Below, piece by piece: positions 54,692 to 63,530 of a stretch of DNA of 64,000 nucleotides. The notes below the pieces were generated by a model. That model had not been told where the DNA came from, ran no database searches, and saw nothing but the letters and a program-made list of their open reading frames with translations. This DNA is from a virus (lineage: Duplodnaviria; Caudoviricetes): the IMG/VR virus record IMGVR_UViG_3300013121_000032, positions 1 through 64,000 of that record; one strand, 5' to 3'. The stretch's first letter is position 1. The number at the start of each line of letters is the position of its first letter. Both the position numbers and the translations under genes were made by a program.

Positions 54692-54720
54692 TTGTTTTTA
54701 CTCCTGTTTTAACTTTACCA

Positions 54721-55086
54721 ATGCTAAGACCAGAAATTATTGAGAGATATAAACAAATTGTTACAGAATCTGCTAAGCTAGAAAAACAACAAAAGGAGCT
54801 TAGAGAGGAAGTTATTAAACTTATAGATGAATCTGGAGGATGGGATGATTGTTTTCTCCAAATTGATGAGAAGGCTATCTATCATGAAGATTTAATTTAT
54901 GAATGGGTTTGTTCTACCTATCCTGAATTTAAAGAAGAGGTTAGGAGGGAAACATTAAATTGGGAAAAGTTTAAATCCCTTTTAAATCTAGGCAAGATTG
55001 ATATTACATTAATTCCTAATACCCATATCCAATTTGTTCCTATAAAAAAGGTTATAACTAACAGAAGGAGAAAACGTAGTGGCTAA
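54721..55086 (+). CDS. Hypothetical coiled-coil protein
   Basis: First gene of plus-strand replication block. Confidence 0.65.
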   Translation: MLRPEIIERYKQIVTESAKLEKQQKELREEVIKLIDESGGWDDCFLQIDEKAIYHEDLIYEWVCSTYPEFKEEVRRETLNWEKFKSLLNLGKIDITLIPNTHIQFVPIKKVITNRRRKRSG

Positions 55087-55270
55087 AAGATTTAAGAAAG
55101 AGATAGGACTTACTTTACAAACTAGTCCTTTTCATTCTATTTATATATTCTCTTCTATTGAAGGGGATAATTTAGAGGAAGTAACTAAAGAAGCTTTAGA
55201 AGATATTAAAAAAACTAAAAAGATTATTGAAGAGACTTGGCAAGCAGAAGATTTTAAATTGAATGGATAA
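55079..55270 (+). CDS. Hypothetical protein
   Basis: AAGGAG SD, GTG start, overlaps neighbours. Confidence 0.6.
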   Translation: MAKRFKKEIGLTLQTSPFHSIYIFSSIEGDNLEEVTKEALEDIKKTKKIIEETWQAEDFKLNG

Positions 55271-58040
55271 GGCAAAGTTTTTACAACTTCTGCCTGCATT
55301 TAAAGAAAAATTTTTATATAAGCAAGCTGAGTTTTCTATTCAGCGCTTTACTAAACAAACTAATTCTCTTGATTATCATAAACAAAAACGATACTTAAAA
55401 GACCAAGATCTTTTTCTTCATTTTACTCAAAAACCCTATGAGAATGATTATTTTATTTCATGCTCATATGCAATTTTTGGTAGATTTCAAGATGATCTTG
55501 TTAAATGGGTAGCTTTTGATGCTGATAGTCCAGAAGATTCAGATGTTGTAATCAATAAATTAATTCCATATTTTGAAAAGAAAGGTATTGATTATCTTTT
55601 AGAGGAGTCTAGAGATAAGAGGTATCATCTTTGGATTCTATGTAAAGACATTAACCATCAGTTAATGGCAGACTATCTTGAGCAAATATTTGATGAGGTT
55701 GGTGGGAGAACTGAGGAAGTTTATCCTTTTTTTGGTAGAGAAAAGGCTTGTATTAGAATTCCTGGTGGGTTCCATTTTAAATCTAAACAAGCTCATGATT
55801 TAATCTATAAAAATAAGGCTTCCAGCTCTCCTGAATTTATTTTAGAAAGCTTTATAAAAGCAGAACCAATTACTGAAGATTTTATTAAGGCTAATTTAAA
55901 GGCAAAGCCTACAATCATTTCTAATACACCTAGAAAGGTCTATAAGCCATTTTCTTATTTAGATAGGTGTCTTCCCCAACCTATGGAAGATCTTCCGCCT
56001 ACCATTAATAAAATGGCCTCTAATTGTCAAGCTATTAATAAGCTTATTAGGGGTGTAGTAAATGAAGAGCAGCTTATTGAGAAACAAGGGATTGTTTATC
56101 ATAAAACTGGATTATATTTAAGTGGATTAGCCGCATATAATGATGCAATTAAAAACTCTTCTGAAGGATCTGAATGGTTTGAATCCTTAAAAGAGAATTT
56201 TAGAGGTAGAGATGCTACTTCTCACCATTGGAATAATGCTAAGAAAGAAGAGAATCCTAACAAGTATGTTCCTAATTGCTCAACATTTCAAACAAATTTT
56301 GCTGGTATATGTGATGGTTGTCCATTTAAGAATAGAAGTAATTTTTGGAATCCTAGACAATTTATTTTTGGAAAGCAATTGAGGAGAACTAAAGTTAGTA
56401 ATACTAACTTAGTAACTGCTGATGAGATTAGAGCTACTACTTTTCCATTAGTTAGAAATAAAATTCTCGCTTATTTAGAAGAAAGGATTAAAAAGGATAT
56501 TCTTATTGCCTCTCCTCCAGGCTCCGGTAAATCTCTTCTTTCAGATCGTCTAACTGTTGAACTAGCTAATAAGGGGAAAAATGTCCTTCTTGCTGTTCCT
56601 ACTGCCAAATTAGCTTTAGAGCATAAAGAACGTATAGAGGAAAGAGGTCAAAAAGCTCACCTTTTAATGAGCCATAAAAATACATTTGAGTACCAAGGAT
56701 TAACTTTTGATTGTCCTGAATATGACAATATCCAGTACTATGTAGGATTAGGGGCCGATTCTCAATTCTATAAAAAACGATATTGCAGTAAGTGCCCTCT
56801 TCGTTCTACATGCCCCTATCCTTCTCAATACAAGGAAGCTGTAAAGCCTGAGAATAGAATAGTTATTATTCAGCATACACATTTCCAATGTCCTGAAGTT
56901 TTATATCAATTGTTTAGTCAGAAACAATTTGATGTTTTAATAATTGATGAAAGTTTTTTAGACAATTTAGTCTCTAATATCAGGCCATTACCTATTGAAT
57001 ATGAGATTCTTTTAAATTCAGAATATATTTGGGCTAGGAATTTAGGTAGATGGTTAAAGGAAGGAGGGTATCCTGTTGGAAAGGTTTATCCAAGTATTGC
57101 TCAATTAGAAGAGTTAAAACTTAAATTTGAAGAGGCTGGCATTCCGTGGAGATTAAAAATCTTTATAGATGCTTATAATGTTAATCAGTACTTAAGTAGA
57201 ATATCTGGCTTAGATTTATTCTTTCCACTTCCTAATATTCCTATACGTCTTTTAACTGATGCTACTCCACCTATTGAAGAACTTCAAATAGCCTTAAACA
57301 ATCAAAATATAGAAGTGATTGGAGATGGAGAGGTTTTAGATTACACACAATATCATCCTGAGAATAAAATCTATCAAGTATTAGATTCAAGTCTTTCCAA
57401 AACCTCATTATCTAAGAATGAAAAATTCTATGACATTCTAAACTTCATTGGTGAGAAATGTTTAAAGGATTTTAAACATGATAAGGTTCTTATTACTGTT
57501 TATAAATCCCATGTAGAAGAAACTAAAAACTATATGAAGGAGAAGTTTCCTTCTCTTACTGATTTAACTATTAGTACTATGCAAGTAGGAGTAAATACCT
57601 TTGCAGATCATACTGTCCAATTTATTCTTGCTTCTGTATATATGAATGGAAATCAACTAGCTGAAGCTGCATATAAAATCAAGTTCATTAAAAACTTCTG
57701 GAGAAGAAGAGAAGGTTTAGCAGAGATTCCTAATCGGTTTCCAGTTGAAATTTATGAAGGTAAAGTAATTGGATCTACTGTAGTTAGTACACCAGTTAGA
57801 AAAATTGAATTGGACGGAATTTTTGAATATCCAGATTTCCAATCATTTATTCCTGAATCTGATTTTGAAAACTATATTCATCAACATAATATTGGAAAGT
57901 CTCAACAATCCATGAGACTTAGATTTAAGATTAATGATCCTGTTAGAAAGATTGTTTATATATTTGGGAACTACAATTTCAAGTCATTACTAATTACTGA
58001 TGTAGTTACTTTCGATTCATTAATAGAATCTTTAAATTAA
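55263..58040 (+). CDS. AEP primase - SF2 helicase fusion
   Basis: AEP motifs FDAD, ESRDKRYHLW, IRIPG; Cys cluster; Walker A SPPGSGKS; second Cys cluster; Walker B IIDES; TDAT. Confidence 0.8.
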   Translation: MDKAKFLQLLPAFKEKFLYKQAEFSIQRFTKQTNSLDYHKQKRYLKDQDLFLHFTQKPYENDYFISCSYAIFGRFQDDLVKWVAFDADSPEDSDVVINKLIPYFEKKGIDYLLEESRDKRYHLWILCKDINHQLMADYLEQIFDEVGGRTEEVYPFFGREKACIRIPGGFHFKSKQAHDLIYKNKASSSPEFILESFIKAEPITEDFIKANLKAKPTIISNTPRKVYKPFSYLDRCLPQPMEDLPPTINKMASNCQAINKLIRGVVNEEQLIEKQGIVYHKTGLYLSGLAAYNDAIKNSSEGSEWFESLKENFRGRDATSHHWNNAKKEENPNKYVPNCSTFQTNFAGICDGCPFKNRSNFWNPRQFIFGKQLRRTKVSNTNLVTADEIRATTFPLVRNKILAYLEERIKKDILIASPPGSGKSLLSDRLTVELANKGKNVLLAVPTAKLALEHKERIEERGQKAHLLMSHKNTFEYQGLTFDCPEYDNIQYYVGLGADSQFYKKRYCSKCPLRSTCPYPSQYKEAVKPENRIVIIQHTHFQCPEVLYQLFSQKQFDVLIIDESFLDNLVSNIRPLPIEYEILLNSEYIWARNLGRWLKEGGYPVGKVYPSIAQLEELKLKFEEAGIPWRLKIFIDAYNVNQYLSRISGLDLFFPLPNIPIRLLTDATPPIEELQIALNNQNIEVIGDGEVLDYTQYHPENKIYQVLDSSLSKTSLSKNEKFYDILNFIGEKCLKDFKHDKVLITVYKSHVEETKNYMKEKFPSLTDLTISTMQVGVNTFADHTVQFILASVYMNGNQLAEAAYKIKFIKNFWRRREGLAEIPNRFPVEIYEGKVIGSTVVSTPVRKIELDGIFEYPDFQSFIPESDFENYIHQHNIGKSQQSMRLRFKINDPVRKIVYIFGNYNFKSLLITDVVTFDSLIESLN

Positions 58041-58404
58041 TTAATGTTCAAAAGACTTGATTTTCAAATATTAAATGTGAGCATAATAGAAGCAGCCCTA
58101 ACTATCCCTAACTATTAATAATCTATATATGTAATTTTTTTAGTAGATTTTTTAAAAATTACTTAAGTCCAAAGAATTATTAAAAGAATTTAAGGTATAG
58201 GCAATTTTGCGGAAGTCCTTTAGAAATTTTAATACCGGCTATCTTTATTGCCTAAGTAGTATTTATTGTAATAAATAGGTGAAACCCTTCGTTTAGAAAA
58301 GGGTACTATAATAGATAGTATAAAATATGTGTAGAAATATAAACAAACCATACAAATTTATGCTATAAAAGTATTAAGTAATGTTGTTTACTTGAAGGAG
58401 ATAT
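58041..58404. other. AT-rich intergenic region, candidate origin / regulatory region
   Basis: Longest non-coding stretch seen; CCCTAACTAT x2, TAGGCAAT/ATTGCCTA and ACCCTT/AAGGGT inverted repeats. Confidence 0.4.
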
Positions 58405-59193
58405 ATGATTAATAAAATTCAAAAAGAATGGGCTAAAAAGTTATTTGAACAAAAACAAGAAGCCAGAAAAGAACAGGAAGAAAATAGAGAAAAAGGAAAA
58501 TTACTAAAGGATAATCCCCGTAGATTTTTCCTAGTAAAAGACAAGCCATTTTATCTAAGTTTTCTACATCCGTATGAAGACTCATTAGATTTGCTTGTCC
58601 ATATTTTCTATACAAGGGATAAAGAGGGCAAACTTAGAACTAAACATATTCTTTGTGAAAATAACTATATGCCACATGACCCAGTATATAAAAATTGCCC
58701 ATATTGTCAAGAACCCGATGATTGGGGTGGAAAAAATAAACCACATACATTCAAGTGTATGATTGCCTATGTCCACAATTTTGAGGGTGAAACCTTTAAT
58801 AATAATCCTATCAATCCTGTAAGGATTGTAGAACTTAGATTTGGTAAAGGTGCAGCAAACATTAACTCATTGGTTGATGATGATAGAAAAGGTAAATTCC
58901 AAAAAGCTATCTTTATTCAGAAGAGAACTGGTGAAGGTAAAGATACTGTCTATGAGCCTTTGAAAGCTATTCCTAGAGATAGAGAATGGACTGGAGAGCA
59001 ATTTGATCCAGAAGTTCCTAGAGAGATATTGGAACAATATGGAGCTTATACTAGTGAACAAATAGCTACAGAAATCTTACTTAACTATGAAAATGTTAAA
59101 TGGGATTTGTGGGGTATACCAGATCCTTCTATAGAAGATAGTGCTCCAGCAGTACCTATTGGAAAAAGCAAAGCTAAAGAAGTTTTGAAATGA
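58405..59193 (+). CDS. gp32-like single-stranded DNA-binding protein
   Basis: H...C...CPYC zinc site, KRTGEGKDTVY, acidic/Pro tail, location between helicase and polymerase. Confidence 0.75.
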   Translation: MINKIQKEWAKKLFEQKQEARKEQEENREKGKLLKDNPRRFFLVKDKPFYLSFLHPYEDSLDLLVHIFYTRDKEGKLRTKHILCENNYMPHDPVYKNCPYCQEPDDWGGKNKPHTFKCMIAYVHNFEGETFNNNPINPVRIVELRFGKGAANINSLVDDDRKGKFQKAIFIQKRTGEGKDTVYEPLKAIPRDREWTGEQFDPEVPREILEQYGAYTSEQIATEILLNYENVKWDLWGIPDPSIEDSAPAVPIGKSKAKEVLK

Positions 59194-59453
59194 AAAAGAA
59201 ATTCTCTACCTTAAGAAAGGAATTTAAAACTCTTCTTTCTAAGTTAGAGCTTACACCAGAAGAAAGAGAAGAACTAAAAGAGTACGTTGATAAAGATGGT
59301 ATTCCATTTACCATTCTCCTCTTCTGGTGTACCGATAGGATTGGACCGGATTTACTTAAACAATTGGATAAGATCATTGATAATTACCCAACAAGACGTA
59401 GAAAAAACTTACAAATACATACACGACAAACAAGATCTCGAAGAAGCAATTGA
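59190..59453 (+). CDS. Hypothetical protein
   Basis: ATGA overlap with SSB gene. Confidence 0.55.
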   Translation: MKKKFSTLRKEFKTLLSKLELTPEEREELKEYVDKDGIPFTILLFWCTDRIGPDLLKQLDKIIDNYPTRRRKNLQIHTRQTRSRRSN

Positions 59454-61524
59454 TTTTTTGACAGACTTTATTAGTAAGTCTCCTTTTATAGCTTTAGATT
59501 TAGAAACCTTTAATTACACAAACTCCTCTAATGTTCCCAGACCTATTAAGTTTAATGGGATGTTTGAAGGAGGAATTAAAACAATTCAAATTGGCTTTCC
59601 TTTAGATGTCTGTAATCTTCAATTCATTATTGATATTGAAGAGCTATTAGCTAAAGGACTAACTCTTCAATATCTAGGAAGTAAGCTTAAGGTTTTAGAA
59701 AAGGCAACAATTCTTGGACAAAATCTAAAATATGAATTTCAATTTTTGTCTGTTTACTTTCATATTAGATTAAGAAAATTTAGAGATGTCATGTTGATGT
59801 CTCAAGTACTTTTAGCTGGAGATAAGATTAAACATAACTTAGCTAGTTTATATAATGAGTATATAAGCCAATCTGAGTTTAAAGCCTTAACGGGAAAAGA
59901 CTTTGCTGAATATGCTGAATTTAAGGCTACTCTCCAGAAGTCAAGATGGAGAGGTACTTTAACAGCAGATCAGCTTCAGTATGCGGCTGATGATGTTAAA
60001 TTAGTTTTTCCTCTTTATGATAACATTTGTGAAAGATTAGATGAGTTTGTAGAAAAATATGAGCAAAGAGTTCGTTTAAATCAGACTATCTATAATGCTA
60101 TTAAGTTAGAGTGTGACTTGATTCCTACGTATGCAATGATGGAATTAAGGGGTATAGGATATGATAAAACTTATCACCAAACTATTGTTATTCCTTTCTT
60201 AGAAGAAAAAAGAAAAGAAGCAGAAGATCAGGTTGCTAAATACTTTGTTAGAGAAGTTATAAAATCTAATGGTTTAAGAGGAAAGGCTAGAGTTGTCTGG
60301 ACAGATAAAGAAGTAATTAACTTATCATCTCCAATTCAAATTAAAACCGCTTTAAATGGTGCTGGAGTATCTGTATCTGATTCAAGAGAAGAAACACTTA
60401 AAAAACATATTTCAGATCATCCAGCTTTACCTTGGATTCTTCAATATAAAAAAGCTGATTCTCTATTAGATAAGTTTGGAGAGAAGATGCTAAACCTCTG
60501 CTCAAGAGATAGCATTATTCATGCTAACTGGTATCAAATAGGATCTGATGAAGGATCAATTGATACAGGTAGAAGCTCATGTCAAGGACCAAATTTACAA
60601 CAAACTCCAGCAAGAGAAAATATTTTTGGTAAATCAGCAAGAGAGTTATTTAGAAAATCTTTTAAAGCTAGACCGGGATATATCTTTATTGATGTTGATT
60701 ATAAACAAGTAGAGCCTAGAGTTACAGCTCAAATTTGTAATGAAAAAGCTATGCTTGAAGCATTTAATAAGGATATAGATCTTTATTCTGCTGTTGCTAA
60801 GAAATGGCTAAACCTCGATTATTTACCAGAACGAGGAGATTATAAACGGGATTTTATAGGAAAGACTGGATATTTAGCTTTATCTTATAAAGCTGGTCCA
60901 ATGAAGTTAAGAGATTTCGTAGCTGAAGAATCTAAAGGAGAAATTGTTTGGACTGATTTAGAAGCAAAAGAATACTGGAATTCTTTCTTTGCAAGTTTTC
61001 CTGGAATTGCTAGAAAGCAAAATGAGATAGACCAGTTTATTAGAAAAAAGCCAGAAGGATTTTCTTCTCTTGCACCATTTAAAGGTAGGAAACCCATTAC
61101 TATTCTTTTTACTGAGCTTGGTCGTCCACGTCGATGGTGCTTAAAACCAGAACAAGAAAGAATGCTAGATGAAGATCTCCATAAGTTTGGAGAGAATCAA
61201 AGATGGAATACCTATCAGAAAAGATTAAATGAAATCTCTAGGGAAGGCTATAACTTTATTATTCAAGGAACTGCCGCAGATATTTTAAAAGTATCACTAA
61301 AATTAATTCAAGATAGATTTGAAGCTGCTGGCTTTGATTTTGAAACTGAAGGAGTAATTGCAGTTGTACATGATGAACTTCTAATTGAGGTTAAAGAAGA
61401 GCACCAAGAAGAAGCTTCAAAAATTGTAGAGGCTTGTATGATAGAGGCTGGACAACGATTTATAGATAGACTTCCAGTTGGAATAGATTTGAAGATTGGA
61501 CATAATTGGGCAGAAGTACATTAA
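59377..61524 (+). CDS. polA: Family A DNA polymerase with 3'-5' exonuclease
   Basis: Exo DLET / NLKYE / YAADD; TGRSSC..PNLQQ; motif A DYKQVEPR; motif B; NFIIQGTAADILK; motif C VHDEL; TTG 59377 preferred start. Confidence 0.95.
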   Translation: MIITQQDVEKTYKYIHDKQDLEEAIDFLTDFISKSPFIALDLETFNYTNSSNVPRPIKFNGMFEGGIKTIQIGFPLDVCNLQFIIDIEELLAKGLTLQYLGSKLKVLEKATILGQNLKYEFQFLSVYFHIRLRKFRDVMLMSQVLLAGDKIKHNLASLYNEYISQSEFKALTGKDFAEYAEFKATLQKSRWRGTLTADQLQYAADDVKLVFPLYDNICERLDEFVEKYEQRVRLNQTIYNAIKLECDLIPTYAMMELRGIGYDKTYHQTIVIPFLEEKRKEAEDQVAKYFVREVIKSNGLRGKARVVWTDKEVINLSSPIQIKTALNGAGVSVSDSREETLKKHISDHPALPWILQYKKADSLLDKFGEKMLNLCSRDSIIHANWYQIGSDEGSIDTGRSSCQGPNLQQTPARENIFGKSARELFRKSFKARPGYIFIDVDYKQVEPRVTAQICNEKAMLEAFNKDIDLYSAVAKKWLNLDYLPERGDYKRDFIGKTGYLALSYKAGPMKLRDFVAEESKGEIVWTDLEAKEYWNSFFASFPGIARKQNEIDQFIRKKPEGFSSLAPFKGRKPITILFTELGRPRRWCLKPEQERMLDEDLHKFGENQRWNTYQKRLNEISREGYNFIIQGTAADILKVSLKLIQDRFEAAGFDFETEGVIAVVHDELLIEVKEEHQEEASKIVEACMIEAGQRFIDRLPVGIDLKIGHNWAEVH

Positions 61525-61592
61525 AAAATGTATATTATAGAAAATTTATGTTATACAATATGTAACAGTTTGTTTATAAAAGGAATTTATAA

Positions 61593-63104
61593 ATGTCTTT
61601 AATTGACGAAGTAAAGGAACTAGTAAAAAAAGGGTATGGAAGAGTTATCATTGCTCGTGAATTAGGGATTAGTAGTCAGAAAGCTACAGCTTTAATTAGA
61701 CAAGCTAGATTAGATGATACTTCTCTTCCTGGTCCTAATACTAACCCATTAAAAGATCTTGCGCATCAAAATAGGCAAACAGGTAAATCTCCAAAGAAGA
61801 TTAAGTTTCCTAATTCTTATACTAATGAAGATAAGATTAGATACTATGCAGATTTAGGTTATGGCAGCAGGAAGATTTCAAATATTTTAGGTCTATCTGA
61901 ATATTTTGTAGATTCTAAATTAAGGAAGCTAAGAGGAAAACCTAAACGGATTACAAAACTAGAGCAACTTAAAACTAAGTTAGAGTCTGGTTTAGATAGA
62001 TATGACTTGGCAAAAGACCTATGTACTACTCCTACTGGTTTGGATTTAATGATTCAAAAGTCAGAAGGAGAATATAGTCCAGTTAAAACTTGGATTAAAA
62101 AGAATGCTAGAACTGGAATTAAGCTATCTAAATTTAAAGAAGCTTTTAAAATTTCTACAAAAGCGCGAGCACTAGAGATTTTAAAGGAAAATTTTCCTGA
62201 ACATTTTATTTGTGAAACAAATATTCCAAATGATTTAATCTTAACTCCTATATTAGATAATAGTAAAAACTATGAATGGCTTGGGGGTGGTAGACCAAAC
62301 CGTAGATTTAAATATTTTGTATCTGAAGAGGGTAATTATATGTCAATTATGTTTGATGATGATTTACCAGATAATAAGATTAAGATTTATAATCTAACTG
62401 ATATCCATGTAGGTTCTAAAGCATTTAGAGGAGAACTGTTTAGGAAGCAGATTGAAAGAATTAAAAATGAACCAAATTCTTTTGCTACTATTGGTGGAGA
62501 TTTAATTGAAGGTATTACTAAGGTATCTGTAGGCGATCCTATGGAACAATACTGTTCAATTAATGAGCAGGTAGTAGAGGCTGTTAAAACTTTACTTCCA
62601 ATTGCACATAAAATTATTGCAGTTGAATGGGGAAACCATTGTGGAGGTAGAACAGAGAAAGCAGCACAGTTTGATTTAGCTAGAACAATGGCACAGATGC
62701 TTCAAGTACCTTATTTTAGAGTTAGGGTAGTAATAGATTTGAATTTTAGAGGAGTACAAAAACGGTTATCATTAACCCATAAATATGGAAAGGCATTAAA
62801 AATGCCTCAAATTATTATGGCAGTTAAAGCTTTATCATCTCAATCTTTATATCCTACTCATTGCTGGTTTAGTGGACATAATCATGAATCTTTTGTAATC
62901 CCTATGGAGACAACAGAACTTATACCAGGTAAAGGTTTTGAGATAGTAAGATTTCATATTGCTAATGGTGGTAGTTTTGTTAGGTATACAGGAACGTATG
63001 CAGAGCAAGAACTATATGGCCATGCTCCGCAGGATATGGTATATTTTGAGTTTGATGAAAATGGAAACCATTTAAGTGGATCAGTTCCAATAAATTCATT
63101 GTGA
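61593..63104 (+). CDS. Multi-HTH protein fused to calcineurin-like metallophosphoesterase
   Basis: GYGRVIIARELGIS and GYGSRKISNILGLS HTHs; TDIHVG, GGDLIE, GNH, H, GHNH. Confidence 0.85.
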   Translation: MSLIDEVKELVKKGYGRVIIARELGISSQKATALIRQARLDDTSLPGPNTNPLKDLAHQNRQTGKSPKKIKFPNSYTNEDKIRYYADLGYGSRKISNILGLSEYFVDSKLRKLRGKPKRITKLEQLKTKLESGLDRYDLAKDLCTTPTGLDLMIQKSEGEYSPVKTWIKKNARTGIKLSKFKEAFKISTKARALEILKENFPEHFICETNIPNDLILTPILDNSKNYEWLGGGRPNRRFKYFVSEEGNYMSIMFDDDLPDNKIKIYNLTDIHVGSKAFRGELFRKQIERIKNEPNSFATIGGDLIEGITKVSVGDPMEQYCSINEQVVEAVKTLLPIAHKIIAVEWGNHCGGRTEKAAQFDLARTMAQMLQVPYFRVRVVIDLNFRGVQKRLSLTHKYGKALKMPQIIMAVKALSSQSLYPTHCWFSGHNHESFVIPMETTELIPGKGFEIVRFHIANGGSFVRYTGTYAEQELYGHAPQDMVYFEFDENGNHLSGSVPINSL

Positions 63105-63481
63105 GGTTAAATATGGATTTTGTTTTACTAAAAAATCAATTACGAGTAGTGGCTGGAGATATTCCAGGTGGAAAATATTCTATTAATAATAATGGATTAC
63201 TTTCTTTAAATGATCAAATTATTGATCTTCCTAAATCTTTAGTAAGTGTAGAAGAACAATCCTCTACACAAGCTAAAAATTGGTTGCTTGGAGCGGCTGC
63301 TTTACCTTTTATACTGGTAGCTCCTTTATTGGCTATTATAGCTGGATTATTAGCAGTACATATAGGAACTACTCAGAATGTATGTGCTCTATATACTTTG
63401 AAAGATGGAAAGAAATTCATTGGAATTTCTACATTAGAAACTTTTAATACTTTAAAAGCAATCAGTGGATTGACAGCTTAA
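63101..63481 (+). CDS. Membrane protein
   Basis: Hydrophobic hairpin WLLGAAALPFILVAPLLAIIAGLL; LKDGKKFIG. Confidence 0.65.
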   Translation: MRLNMDFVLLKNQLRVVAGDIPGGKYSINNNGLLSLNDQIIDLPKSLVSVEEQSSTQAKNWLLGAAALPFILVAPLLAIIAGLLAVHIGTTQNVCALYTLKDGKKFIGISTLETFNTLKAISGLTA

Positions 63482-63530
63482 TTTAAAAGCAGTAATCTAA
63501 ATTATCTGGTCGTTGTGAGGCAGTATTAAA

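Noticed and set aside
59287-59376. Longer N-terminus of the polymerase, or frameshift fusion with 59190..59453
   Set aside because: No slippery site seen; simple overlap with a TTG start at 59377 is sufficient
63482-63530. Y RNA upstream of Ro60
   Set aside because: Only 49 nt, no long terminal stem or tRNA-like T-arm
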